64,000 nt of DNA, from positions 2,000 through 65,999 of the forward strand of contig QXXX01000073.1 of NCBI GenBank assembly GCA_009887195.1. The letters are read 5' to 3'. The notes below the pieces were generated by a model. The model saw nothing but the letters and a program-made list of their open reading frames with translations. It searched no databases and was not told the DNA's origin. Positions 1 through 9,402 of this stretch are shown here, piece after piece. Made by a program: the position numbers and the translations under genes. How positions within the stretch are numbered: the stretch's first letter is position 1; each line of letters begins with the position of its first letter. The DNA comes from Candidatus Poseidoniales archaeon (GTDB lineage: Archaea > Thermoplasmatota > Poseidoniia > Poseidoniales > Poseidoniaceae).

Positions 1-155
1 GCTGATAGTGCAGCAAGTGCAGGATGCATGCCTCTACCGGCGACTAAATAATCGTCAGTAGTATCTTCCTTAACACGCATAGAGGCTAATCCAACACCAG
101 CAAAAATGCCCATGAAGAGCAAAAAAGACAATAAAATCAATATTTCATCTGACAT
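1..155 (-). CDS. Sodium:solute symporter (PutP-like), N-terminal fragment running off the window edge
   Basis: Manual translation from ATG at 155: MSDEILILLSFLLFMGIFAGVGLASMRVKEDTTDDYLVAGRGMHPALAALSA. A TM helix followed by the SSS-type 'DY.vaGR.......alS' motif. Not in the ORF track. Confidence 0.8.
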   Translation of the reverse strand, partial: MSDEILILLSFLLFMGIFAGVGLASMRVKEDTTDDYLVAGRGMHPALAALS

Positions 156-159
156 TTTT

Positions 160-1038
160 TCACATCTCCTGTGTCCATCGAAGTAGAGCCTTCTCTTCAA
201 CATCACTCGTACTTGCTGGGAAAACTAAACAGTTCATTGCGCCACCAGGAAGGTTGGCTAAATTCGCTAAATCAGTGTATATCATGCTTTGCTGTTTAGT
301 CCCCATATCACTACACAGCACGACTTTAATCTCAGCTAGAGAACTGCTCGTCATAAGTTTCAATGATTGTACTTTTATGGCGTCTTGTGGAGACTCTAAT
401 GGGAATTCATCAATCGTGCTGTTTACTTTGTCAATCATCGCTTTAACTGAGTCGACAGCATCACTTGGCATCATCGGTTTTTGCTGGCCAGTCCCGGCAC
501 CAGTTGGGTCTAAATCGAGTAATGCAAGAGTATGATGCCCGAGCGCACTATTGAGCGCAATGACCTCAAGGGGGGAGGTTGCAACCCATCCAGAATAGGG
601 ATATGTCAAAGTTGTTTGACGGCCAAATTTGTAATTTGACAAGCCAATAGCTCCAGTAACTAGGCCAGTGATTGAGATTCCGTGTATTACTCGACAATAA
701 ATTCCCGCTGCTTCGGCTTGTAATTGTAAGTCAACGTGAGTTGTGGCTTGCAATGGATCGCCAACAATCAACAAAGCAACTAGATTATCCCTTGCCAAAG
801 CAAACAACTCTTCTGGATTTTCAACTTCTGGCCGCATAACTCTGGTAATTTCCCCAACCGTTTTTTCTAGACTTGCTAATTGGTCTTCAGGCCACAATGC
901 AGTATATGCTTCATAGCGCCGATAATCAGCTACTTTTGCTGCATCAAGCGCTTCACTGGTAGCCAATGCAACATCACCAGGGCCAATCCCAATCAAGAGT
1001 AAACCTGTTTTCTGGTCGCTATCTTGGATATCCGCCAT
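160..1038 (-). CDS. dph5: Diphthine synthase (tetrapyrrole-methylase family)
   Basis: IGIGPG, EAYT, VGDPLQATTH, GLSNYKFG, HTLALLD motifs. Start placed at ATG 1038 (track 1044). Confidence 0.9.
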   Translation of the reverse strand: MADIQDSDQKTGLLLIGIGPGDVALATSEALDAAKVADYRRYEAYTALWPEDQLASLEKTVGEITRVMRPEVENPEELFALARDNLVALLIVGDPLQATTHVDLQLQAEAAGIYCRVIHGISITGLVTGAIGLSNYKFGRQTTLTYPYSGWVATSPLEVIALNSALGHHTLALLDLDPTGAGTGQQKPMMPSDAVDSVKAMIDKVNSTIDEFPLESPQDAIKVQSLKLMTSSSLAEIKVVLCSDMGTKQQSMIYTDLANLANLPGGAMNCLVFPASTSDVEEKALLRWTQEM

Positions 1039-1075
1039 GCTCAAACCTCAGTGATGCTTGGACAGGGCGAAGCGT

Positions 1076-2167
1076 ATGCGTCATTTGATAGTGCCGAGTG
1101 TTGATACCCAACATTGGTTGGAGGTTCTGAAAACTAACAATTGGTTGGTTTCAGGCCTTGGCGTAGTTACTATAGAAACGGGTGAAAAAGGCTTGCCGCT
1201 TGCTGAACATGCCCCACAAGAAGACGATCCGATTTGGTTGGGACTAACCCACGCATTAATGGCAAGAGAGGTTAACAAAATTAAACACTGGAGTGACCTG
1301 TTAGATCGAGAATTATATCAACAATTTGAACAATATTGGCCACGGTCATATGAAATGGTTGGGGATGTACTGATTGTCCGCTTGGAAGAAGAGGTCAAAC
1401 AACATCAAGACCTAATTGCTGAGGCTATGCTAGAAAGAATTTCAAGTGCCAGAATCATATGCGCGGATAATGGAGTTACAGGCAAATTCCGCGTTCGAGA
1501 TATTTCTCCGATATTAAGCAGGGACGGCAACATTTCAACATTAACAAAAATACGAGAAAACGGCCACAACATCATTATTGATCCCGCTAAAGCATACTTT
1601 TCCTCTAGGCTATCGACTGAGCGAGAAGGCAACGTTGTTGCGGCAAAACAGCTGGCTAATTTACTTGACCGACCAATTACCATATCCGACCCCTACGCTG
1701 GAGTTGGCCCTGCACTACCTAGTCTAATTGCCACCGAAGGACTAGTTGAAGCAATCTTTGCGGGTGATTTAAATCCAGATGCGGTCGAACTTCTAAGATA
1801 TAATCTCAAATCACAGGTTAACAAGGCCAACTATGATTTTGATAACCAAGCATTCTGCATGGATGCTAGAAAGTGGCGTAGTGACAAAAACCTCACAGGC
1901 TCTACAGATTTATTATTGGTCAATTTACCTCATGATACAATTGAGCACCTTACTGACCTGTTTCCTTTGATGTGTAAGGGAACTATGTCTTTGATTCGTG
2001 GCTGGGCTATTGTTGAAAGACAAAACTTAGATGGTGTCAGAGAATTAATCGAACAGAAACTAATCCAACACGGTGCTAGAGAAATTTCTCTTACATGCAA
2101 GGAAATCAAAGGTTTTTCAGCTAGCAAAATTTTCATCCGTATAGAATCATGGCAAATCTTCCCTTAG
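1076..2167 (+). CDS. trm5: tRNA methyltransferase, Trm5/Taw2 (Met-10+) family
   Basis: SYEMVGD, KAYFSSRLSTER, DPYAGVGP SAM motif, DLNPDA, NLP. Start placed at ATG 1076. Confidence 0.8.
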   Translation: MRHLIVPSVDTQHWLEVLKTNNWLVSGLGVVTIETGEKGLPLAEHAPQEDDPIWLGLTHALMAREVNKIKHWSDLLDRELYQQFEQYWPRSYEMVGDVLIVRLEEEVKQHQDLIAEAMLERISSARIICADNGVTGKFRVRDISPILSRDGNISTLTKIRENGHNIIIDPAKAYFSSRLSTEREGNVVAAKQLANLLDRPITISDPYAGVGPALPSLIATEGLVEAIFAGDLNPDAVELLRYNLKSQVNKANYDFDNQAFCMDARKWRSDKNLTGSTDLLLVNLPHDTIEHLTDLFPLMCKGTMSLIRGWAIVERQNLDGVRELIEQKLIQHGAREISLTCKEIKGFSASKIFIRIESWQIFP

Positions 2168-2207
2168 AAGCGTTCACTTCATCAATCACCTATGTTTCCC
2201 ATTGTCC

Positions 2208-2333
2208 ATGGGCACAGTAGTAAACTGCGTTTGCGGGGTAGAAATTGACATCACCGGAGTCACCCCCAAGAAAAACGGTACTAAGGTCTGGTGTCGCGTT
2301 TGTGGCGCAACGACCATTCATCACCACGATTAA
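2208..2333 (+). CDS. 41-aa zinc-finger micro-protein (CxC...CxxC)
   Basis: MGTVVNCVCGVEIDITGVTPKKNGTKVWCRVCGATTIHHHD*. Fills the gap, four Cys in knuckle spacing, TTCATCA box 30 nt upstream. Below the ORF-track cutoff. Confidence 0.65.
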   Translation: MGTVVNCVCGVEIDITGVTPKKNGTKVWCRVCGATTIHHHD

Positions 2334-2375
2334 TATCAGCAATTTGTTCATTAGCCGGGCTTATAACCGCTATTT

Positions 2376-2795
2376 GTGACGGATTTAGTGACTAAGATAG
2401 ATGAGCGTGGCATGGCTATTTCGCCGGTACTGCCAGAAGATTGTAAGAATTTCTTGATTGATATAGACGGTACTATTTGTGAAGATATTCCCAATGAAGA
2501 GCCAGAACGTATGGCGACCGCTGAATGCTATGATGGCGTTGTAGAACAGATCAACAAATGGTACGACCAAGGACATCAAATTTGCTTTTTTACCGCGCGG
2601 GCAGAAGAACACCGTTCAGTTACTGAACAATGGCTTGCAAATCATGGTTTCAAGTGGCACACCTGTTTGTTTGGCAAACCACGCGGAGGCAATTATCACT
2701 GGATAGACAACCACATTGTTCGGGCGACTAGGTTCAATTCTAAGATGACAGAATTTGTCAAGAAAATGGTTGAGGTAGAAGTCTTTGACGATTAA
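2376..2795 (+). CDS. Small cap-less HAD-superfamily phosphatase
   Basis: LIDIDGT (motif I), FFTAR (II), GKP (III), WIDN (IV). Confidence 0.8.
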   Translation: MTDLVTKIDERGMAISPVLPEDCKNFLIDIDGTICEDIPNEEPERMATAECYDGVVEQINKWYDQGHQICFFTARAEEHRSVTEQWLANHGFKWHTCLFGKPRGGNYHWIDNHIVRATRFNSKMTEFVKKMVEVEVFDD

Positions 2796-2802
2796 TCAAC
2801 AA

Positions 2803-3390
2803 CTAATCCTCTTTTTTAGATGAAAACCAACTTCCGACTTTGTCATAAATTCCTTCTTCGAAGGCGGCAATTTTCTTAACGGTCTTGTTAGTTGTTGGTT
2901 TGTCTTCCTTTAGTATAGGCACCATTGATGACCAAACCCCTTCGCCTTTAATTCGCGAATAAATTGCCGCCCCAATATGAAGTATAATCAACAGGTAACT
3001 GATATCAGCCACTAAGCCATGCAAATCTAATACCACATCCATCACGGTTTGCTCTTCATCAGGTGTGGCATTTATGGTATATCCTTGATTATACAATCCA
3101 GCAATCATCAAGCCGGTTAATGGGAGTAGAATAAAACAGGCATACATTGCTTTGTGGACTGAACGAGCGAAGTAATAATGGACGATATGTACGGGTTCTC
3201 TTGCCCCCAAGAGAGTCTTGAAACGCCTCATGTAAGAATATCTTAAGGTCACAACAATGATAAAAGCCGTGGCAAAAATAATCTCGGAAATAAGTAGACC
3301 GCTGTCTTCAAGATCTTCCAAAGCGTTCACTTGTTTGAAAATACCATACACATACAATAAAACGAAACTCCAATGAATGGTCTTTGCCAT
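2803..3390 (-). CDS. Cytochrome b561-like di-heme membrane protein
   Basis: Four hydrophobic helices, with His in TIHW, SVHK, DLHG, ILHI and an LPLTG motif. Confidence 0.7.
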   Translation of the reverse strand: MAKTIHWSFVLLYVYGIFKQVNALEDLEDSGLLISEIIFATAFIIVVTLRYSYMRRFKTLLGAREPVHIVHYYFARSVHKAMYACFILLPLTGLMIAGLYNQGYTINATPDEEQTVMDVVLDLHGLVADISYLLIILHIGAAIYSRIKGEGVWSSMVPILKEDKPTTNKTVKKIAAFEEGIYDKVGSWFSSKKED

Positions 3391-3443
3391 TTTAGTATGA
3401 CTTTTTACAATAAAACCCCCTAGATTTTATTCAAACATTTAGT

Positions 3444-4937
3444 TTAACGATTAGTGATTAAATGGTGGATAGTTCTAACGTGAACTCCAGTTGCCCCATT
3501 CTTTACCATGGAATTACTTTTTGCACCCCAGTAAGTTCCAGCTATGTCCATATGTGCCCAGGTTATTTGCTCACCGTCTTTATCAAAATCTCGGTTTGGT
3601 ACGAATTGCTTCAGGAACGCAGCAGCAGTATTTGCGCCACCATAGCGGCCAGCGCCAAGGTTTCTAGTATCAGCAATCTTTGAATCGGTCATTTCTTTTT
3701 CAAATGCTGGAAGTAATGGCATTGGCCAAGCAAGTTCGTCAACAGCATTTCCTGCTTCATGTATTTCAGTTCTGAAATCATCATCATTAGACCAAAGCCC
3801 AGTTGCCTCATGGCCAAGTGCGACTACACAAGCGCCGGTTAGGGTCGCAAAGTCAATGATAAATTCAGGATCATATTCTCCGGCCTTCCACAAACCATCT
3901 GATAGAACGAGCCTTCCTTCTGCATCAGTGTTTAGCACTTCAATAGTCTTGCCAGATAATCCCTTGATGACATCGCCAGGACGTGTAGCATTGGCTGCAG
4001 GCATATTTTCTGCCATACAAGTAATCGCAACAACCTTGCCCTCATGACCTGTTTGTGCGAGAGCTTCCATAGTACCAAAGACAGTAGCAGAGCCACCCAT
4101 ATCATATTTCATTTCGTCCATATTTGCGCCAGGCTTTAGAGAAATTCCACCGGTATCAAAAGTAATTCCTTTACCAACTAGCACAGGGCATCTGCCTTTG
4201 ACATTTTTATTCATTTCAAAAATGACCATGCATGGTTTACGAGATGAGCCTTTGCCAACTGCGACCAGTCCACCCATTCCAGCTTTGATTGCTTGCTCAT
4301 AATTAATAATGGTAACATCAACATTGTCGAAATCCTTAGCCCATTCCCATGCCATATCGGCAAATACTTCAGGGTACATGTCATTTGGTGGACAGTTGCC
4401 AAGATCTCTTGACAGATGCACGCCTTTGGTGATTCCACGGTATTTGTTTACTAGAGTAGACAACTCTTCTGATTCTTTTTCGCTACAAGTAAGTCTAACC
4501 TGGTGCTCAGAATCGGTTTCTTCTTCGTCTTTCATTTTATATTCATCATAAGAATAATTTCGCAACATCATGCCTTCAGCAAAGGCAGCCATGTGAGCTA
4601 CGCCCGCTTCGGTGAACCTAACGGTGAAATCATTGCCGTGAACCTTTTTGATGCTAGCAAAAACCGCAGCGCCAGATTTTCTAAAGTCGTGAACAGAAAC
4701 TTCACCAGATTTACCTAGTCCAGCAAGAATAACCTTGCCATCTTCTCCCCCAATTAGCGACATTGTGGACTTCTTTTTGGCTTTGAAATCACCGTCAGCC
4801 AAAACTCGGTTGATTTGAGATTTCATTCCTTGAGGCAAGCCTCTTTCACATTCTTCAGGTATTTCTTCTACCCCTTCATACATTGGTAAAATCAGTGTTC
4901 CATTGATATTGTCACTTGCGCTTACAGTAATTTCCAT
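3444..4937 (-). CDS. pepA: Leucyl aminopeptidase (M17)
   Basis: VGKGITFDTGG, MKYDMGG, NTDAEGRL, ATLTGA, HMDIAG. Start placed at ATG 4937 (MEITV). Confidence 0.95.
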   Translation of the reverse strand: MEITVSASDNINGTLILPMYEGVEEIPEECERGLPQGMKSQINRVLADGDFKAKKKSTMSLIGGEDGKVILAGLGKSGEVSVHDFRKSGAAVFASIKKVHGNDFTVRFTEAGVAHMAAFAEGMMLRNYSYDEYKMKDEEETDSEHQVRLTCSEKESEELSTLVNKYRGITKGVHLSRDLGNCPPNDMYPEVFADMAWEWAKDFDNVDVTIINYEQAIKAGMGGLVAVGKGSSRKPCMVIFEMNKNVKGRCPVLVGKGITFDTGGISLKPGANMDEMKYDMGGSATVFGTMEALAQTGHEGKVVAITCMAENMPAANATRPGDVIKGLSGKTIEVLNTDAEGRLVLSDGLWKAGEYDPEFIIDFATLTGACVVALGHEATGLWSNDDDFRTEIHEAGNAVDELAWPMPLLPAFEKEMTDSKIADTRNLGAGRYGGANTAAAFLKQFVPNRDFDKDGEQITWAHMDIAGTYWGAKSNSMVKNGATGVHVRTIHHLITNR

Positions 4938-4972
4938 ATTATCGCCTGCCACGCCGTATGGTAGGCAGCATT

Positions 4973-6379
4973 TCAATTCTCTTGTATTTCTGCAAGACAA
5001 TTATTGGCTAAATCTTCATCCTCTGGCTTCATAACAACGGCAAGGCCAATTATCGAAATTATCGTGGTTAGCGAATTAAACAAGCCAAAACCGGTCAGGA
5101 AACTAGCCTCATCTTCTGCAACTAAAGTGATGGCTTGCACGTCAATTTCTTCGGCAACCCACCTTGAGGCATTGATTACTCTAACTTGATAATACATCTG
5201 CCAACTTCCATCCTCGCTTGAATCTAGCCCGCTCGTATCCAAAGCAACCATTGTTGAATTGGTGGCATTTACAGTAAATGCCGAGGAGGTCCACTTAATT
5301 TGACCATTTGAATCAAGATATTGTAAAGTAGCATTAGACGTTGATGCATGTCCGTGATTAGCGACTTCAATTGTCACTTCGTCATCAGATACCTCAAGAG
5401 ATTGAACATCTAGTCTTGCGCGCCAGTACCACACATTGTTAATCAAGAATCTCATAACATCCATTTCTTCTCCTAATCGGTCGTTTAGATTCTCAAAAGA
5501 TCCGGGGACAAATTGTTCATCATCGGTTTCAAAGGTAAAAGTCGGATATCCCATTACGCCATAACCATAATCTCTACTGGTACCACAATTTGGGTACAAT
5601 CCCTGATTGGCATTTTGGATTGGAATACTAGATATGTTATCGTTAACATCATCTCTGATTTGATGGTATAATTCCCAATCAGCAGGCTGTTCGGGCCACT
5701 TGCCCCAAGGGTATAACATAATCCAAACACCCGTGTGCATGGTGACATACAAATCAGCGTCAGCAACTTCGGCGTTCATGTAGGCCGAATTTGCTGCGGT
5801 TTCAGATTCGCTGAAGGCACTACTTCCTGGTTGAGTTGTTGGACAAGTGTTCCAATAATGGTCGTAATTTCTATTCAAGTCAACTTGATTGATATTCCAT
5901 CGAGTATCGATGTCATTGCCATCAGGGTTTAGCATGATTAAAATGTGCAGCACGGTGTTTTGTAAAACATCGATCGCTTCTTGATTACCTTCTGCCCAGC
6001 CATTAATGTACCATTTTGCTGATAACCAAGCCAGTGCAGTGCCTAGGTATTCATTGCCGTGATGCCCCCCATCAATGTAAACGACTTCCTTTGCGCTTCC
6101 ATCGGATTTATTCTCGATAGACCAGTCAGATATCCTAACAACCCACAACGACTTACCTAATTCAGACTTTCCAACATCAGCTAGATCGACGATTTCGGGG
6201 TAGTCATCAGCCCATCCATTTACTTCCAGAGTTAAGGCAGCCCAAGTCATGTGAACGTGACTGTCTATCGGGTCACCAGGCCATGCTTCATCTTCCTTAG
6301 TATCAGACTGAGCAGAGGAAATTGGAATACTTGCCAGCAGCATACATAGGACAAGACCCACCGCAACTCGCATAGACAT
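4973..6379 (-). CDS. Secreted, C-terminally anchored M14 zinc carboxypeptidase
   Basis: Signal peptide, HHGNE (HxxE), NPDG, DLNRN, TMHTG, FTFE, Ig-like tail and C-terminal TM. Confidence 0.9.
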   Translation of the reverse strand: MSMRVAVGLVLCMLLASIPISSAQSDTKEDEAWPGDPIDSHVHMTWAALTLEVNGWADDYPEIVDLADVGKSELGKSLWVVRISDWSIENKSDGSAKEVVYIDGGHHGNEYLGTALAWLSAKWYINGWAEGNQEAIDVLQNTVLHILIMLNPDGNDIDTRWNINQVDLNRNYDHYWNTCPTTQPGSSAFSESETAANSAYMNAEVADADLYVTMHTGVWIMLYPWGKWPEQPADWELYHQIRDDVNDNISSIPIQNANQGLYPNCGTSRDYGYGVMGYPTFTFETDDEQFVPGSFENLNDRLGEEMDVMRFLINNVWYWRARLDVQSLEVSDDEVTIEVANHGHASTSNATLQYLDSNGQIKWTSSAFTVNATNSTMVALDTSGLDSSEDGSWQMYYQVRVINASRWVAEEIDVQAITLVAEDEASFLTGFGLFNSLTTIISIIGLAVVMKPEDEDLANNCLAEIQEN

Positions 6380-6422
6380 CCCTAGCCGCTAAACAACAAA
6401 AACGCTTGCCTAACAGTTTACT

Positions 6423-6845
6423 TCACCAGTCGCTAGTAAACGCATTAGGATTGACAACTTTCTCTGATTCACGAGTCCAAATCTGTCCAGCATCGCCGCT
6501 GGAGTAAACATCGCCGAATGGGTCGATATCTTCGGTCTTCTTACTTCTCTGCATATAAGCCTCAACACTTTCCCTTAGATCTGGCTTAAACTTCCAGTAG
6601 TGAATACGCCATTCCCTGCCATCCCACAATGTTGTCTCTTCGCTTTCAGTAGTCAACAGACTGTAGTCTTGGAACATGTAAAACAGATTTCTATCGGTAG
6701 GCTCAAGGGCATTATCGATAATTCTGTTGTAAAAACCGAAAAACCCCAGTGCGTGTTCTGCCATTCCTTGAGCGACCTCACTATCCATATCTAAGTCGAT
6801 ATGTTGTTGAATGGCTTTAGTTAATTCCCCTAGTGTCATGCCCAT
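6423..6845 (-). CDS. Conserved Thermoplasmatota protein (DUF6015-like, probable winged helix)
   Basis: IIDNALEPTDRNLFYMFQDYSLLTTESEETTLWDGREWRIHYW pattern recalled from Thermoplasmata proteins. G-rich SD-like tract upstream. Confidence 0.6.
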   Translation of the reverse strand: MGMTLGELTKAIQQHIDLDMDSEVAQGMAEHALGFFGFYNRIIDNALEPTDRNLFYMFQDYSLLTTESEETTLWDGREWRIHYWKFKPDLRESVEAYMQRSKKTEDIDPFGDVYSSGDAGQIWTRESEKVVNPNAFTSDW

Positions 6846-7011
6846 CTCAAAAAACCCCCGCCCCCGAACTTAGTGCCCGAGAACATTAATTATATTGTAC
6901 ACCGACCCATATTAAATCATCGGTGATTTTGGCCATTTTTTACCATAATTCGGAAAAACCCGCAGCAAATTTACACCAAACCCTCAATACTAAAATCATT
7001 CAGCAGGGTTC

Positions 7012-8010
7012 GTGGCAGAAGAGTTTGTTGAGGGCAATTTTCTAGGGCTTGCCAAACCTGATGGCAAGCCCGACATAGTTGTGTTATCCGTGCCATATGA
7101 ATTGACAACATCTTACGGCCAAGGAACGTCTGAAGGCCCTGCAGCATGTGTTGAGGCAAGCGGTCAAGTTGAGTTATTTGACCCGTTACTTGGTGAAGAT
7201 CTACCAGCAGGACTGCGCATTAGTACACCACCTGCATGGGACGGTGAAGGTAATAATTTGGCACAGCAACTAGACGGCATTTCCAACTTCCTAGCACCTT
7301 GGTATGATGGCAAGACCTTTCCAGTAATATTAGGCGGGGAGCATGGCATATTGCCTGCATTAGTCCACGCAGCAGGCAACCACCCGCTGGTTGATGGAGA
7401 TTTTTCAAAATTGACAATCGTTCAAATTGATGCTCATGCTGATTTACGAGAAGAGCTTGAAGGCGAGGTATTTTCACATGCCTGCGCAGCAGCCAGAGCA
7501 ATGGATTTCGGACTCAAGCATTTATTCCAAGTTGGAGTAAGGGCGTTTTCACAACACGAATATAATCGCATCCAAAGCGATGACAAAATAACCACTTATT
7601 TTGCCTCCGAAATTCAAAAATCTACAGATTCTACATGGGGTAATTGGCTCGATGAAATTAGCCAAATCGAAGGTCCGATACACCTGACAATCGACATTGA
7701 TGGCCTAGACGGTAGTTTAGTCCCGGCAACTGGCACCCCTGTCCCCGGAGGTCTGACTTTTTGGCAAACCGTCGAGACAATTCAAGCATTATTTTCGTCT
7801 GCTAAAGGAGTGGTAATCAGTATGGATGTAAATGAGATAGTGCCGCAAAAAGATACCCCGCTAACCCAATTTACTGCAGCAATATTGGCGACTAAAGGAA
7901 TCATCCACCATATCAATGCTAGAAGGGCAGGTAATTGGACTAAGCAAACAGTGGCAGGCCGCGAAATTAGTCAGCCAAAACCATCCACTTCATACTTTCA
8001 AAATCGATAA
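7012..8010 (+). CDS. speB: Agmatinase (ureohydrolase family)
   Basis: GGEH, DAHAD, SHAC, TIDIDGLD, ATGTPVPGG Mn-binding motifs. Confidence 0.9.
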   Translation: MAEEFVEGNFLGLAKPDGKPDIVVLSVPYELTTSYGQGTSEGPAACVEASGQVELFDPLLGEDLPAGLRISTPPAWDGEGNNLAQQLDGISNFLAPWYDGKTFPVILGGEHGILPALVHAAGNHPLVDGDFSKLTIVQIDAHADLREELEGEVFSHACAAARAMDFGLKHLFQVGVRAFSQHEYNRIQSDDKITTYFASEIQKSTDSTWGNWLDEISQIEGPIHLTIDIDGLDGSLVPATGTPVPGGLTFWQTVETIQALFSSAKGVVISMDVNEIVPQKDTPLTQFTAAILATKGIIHHINARRAGNWTKQTVAGREISQPKPSTSYFQNR

Positions 8011-8030
8011 ACTAATACGGGGGAAATATA

Positions 8031-8414
8031 ATGTCAAAGGCACACGGATCTCATGTAATGGTCGACTATACTGATTTTTTTCCAAACACCCCCGAGTTAG
8101 GAAAGACCATGCTAAAACTCATGGAATCTACAATCGACAATAGTACTGCCAAAAGGGTTCATTCACACATTGAAATTTTTGATGGCGCTACTTCCCCTCC
8201 AGGCTTTGCTGCTGTTGTGCTACTTGATGAGAGTCACCTTTCAGCCCATTGCTATTCTGATAAAGGCTGGCTAGCGATTGATTGTTTTACTTGTGGCGGA
8301 ACTGATGCTGAAACAATTGTTGACGAAATCGATAAGCTGTTGAAACAATTATCTCCATCAATAGTGCTAGAGCAAAGGTCAACTGCTAAACGGTTTTTGC
8401 ATAGAGGTGAATAA
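8031..8414 (+). CDS. speD: Pyruvoyl-dependent AdoMetDC-family decarboxylase proenzyme (SpeD/SpeH-like; possibly an arginine decarboxylase)
   Basis: LDE|SHLSAH self-cleavage site and DCFTCG. Substrate not determinable from sequence. Confidence 0.8.
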   Translation: MSKAHGSHVMVDYTDFFPNTPELGKTMLKLMESTIDNSTAKRVHSHIEIFDGATSPPGFAAVVLLDESHLSAHCYSDKGWLAIDCFTCGGTDAETIVDEIDKLLKQLSPSIVLEQRSTAKRFLHRGE

Positions 8415-9366
8415 TTTGAGCATTAGAGAGTTCGTCAAGAATAATTATCACCATTTCAATGCAGGTGAGTTGAGTAAATCAGCACAATCATTGACTCAAT
8501 TTACCCTAGACGGTGGGCGCTTATTCATCACTTTAGCCGGGGCTATGAGTACCGCTAGGCTTGGTAAAACACTGGCGCCACTAATCAGGAGCGGCGTTGT
8601 TGCAGGGATTTCATGCACCGGGGCGAATCTAGAGGAGGACGTATTTTTACTGGTCGCTCAATCAAAATACGAATCAATCGATGATTGGCGAAGTTTGTCT
8701 AGCGAAGACGACGCTGAATTGCTCAACAGAAAACTAAACCGTGTTACCGATGTCTGTATTCCTGAAGACGCAGCAATTAGAGAAATCGAGCGAGTGATGC
8801 TACCACTTTGGCAGAATTATTCTGATAATGACCAAGGTAAATTACCTCATGAATTCTTTTTTGAGATCTTACAATCAGGGGACCTTAATATCGAGGGCAA
8901 TCCACAGGATAGTTGGGTTATGGCGGCGGCAGAAATGGCAGTTCCGTTATTTGTTCCAGGATGGGAAGATTCGACACTAGGCAACATTTTTGCCTCTCAT
9001 GTTATACAATCACAAATCAAACCCAATACAGTATTAAGCGGCATAAATTACATGACGAATTTGGCGAAATGGTACGAAAATCAACAAACTAAACTAGCAT
9101 TCTTCCAAATTGGCGGCGGGATTGCTGGTGACTTTCCAATTTGTGTTGTACCAATGCTTAACCAAGATCTCCAACGTTCAGTGCCTCTATGGTCATGGTT
9201 TTGCCAAATTAGTGAATCTAGTACCTCTTATGGAGGATACTCAGGCGCTCCACCTAACGAGAAAATAACTTGGGGAAAGTTGTCTACAGAAACGCCAAAG
9301 TTCGTAATTGAAAGCGATGCAACTATCGTTGCGCCACTAATTTTTGGCTATCTGCTTGACATGTGA
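8407..9366 (+). CDS. Deoxyhypusine synthase-like protein (bacterial-type)
   Basis: HFNAG, SCTGANLEED, GGGIAGDFPICVVP, GGYSGAPPNEKITWGK, ESDATIVAPL. Overlaps the upstream gene by 8 nt. Confidence 0.85.
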   Translation: MNNLSIREFVKNNYHHFNAGELSKSAQSLTQFTLDGGRLFITLAGAMSTARLGKTLAPLIRSGVVAGISCTGANLEEDVFLLVAQSKYESIDDWRSLSSEDDAELLNRKLNRVTDVCIPEDAAIREIERVMLPLWQNYSDNDQGKLPHEFFFEILQSGDLNIEGNPQDSWVMAAAEMAVPLFVPGWEDSTLGNIFASHVIQSQIKPNTVLSGINYMTNLAKWYENQQTKLAFFQIGGGIAGDFPICVVPMLNQDLQRSVPLWSWFCQISESSTSYGGYSGAPPNEKITWGKLSTETPKFVIESDATIVAPLIFGYLLDM

Positions 9367-9402
9367 AGCAAGACTCATGAAGTAGCAATAATTAGCAAGG
9401 CC

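Noticed and set aside
4938-5000. ORF-track N-terminal extensions (pepA, mptE, priL, pckA, pyrE, purM, hflX)
   Set aside because: They overlap neighbours or promoter boxes; downstream ATGs fit the family N-termini better.
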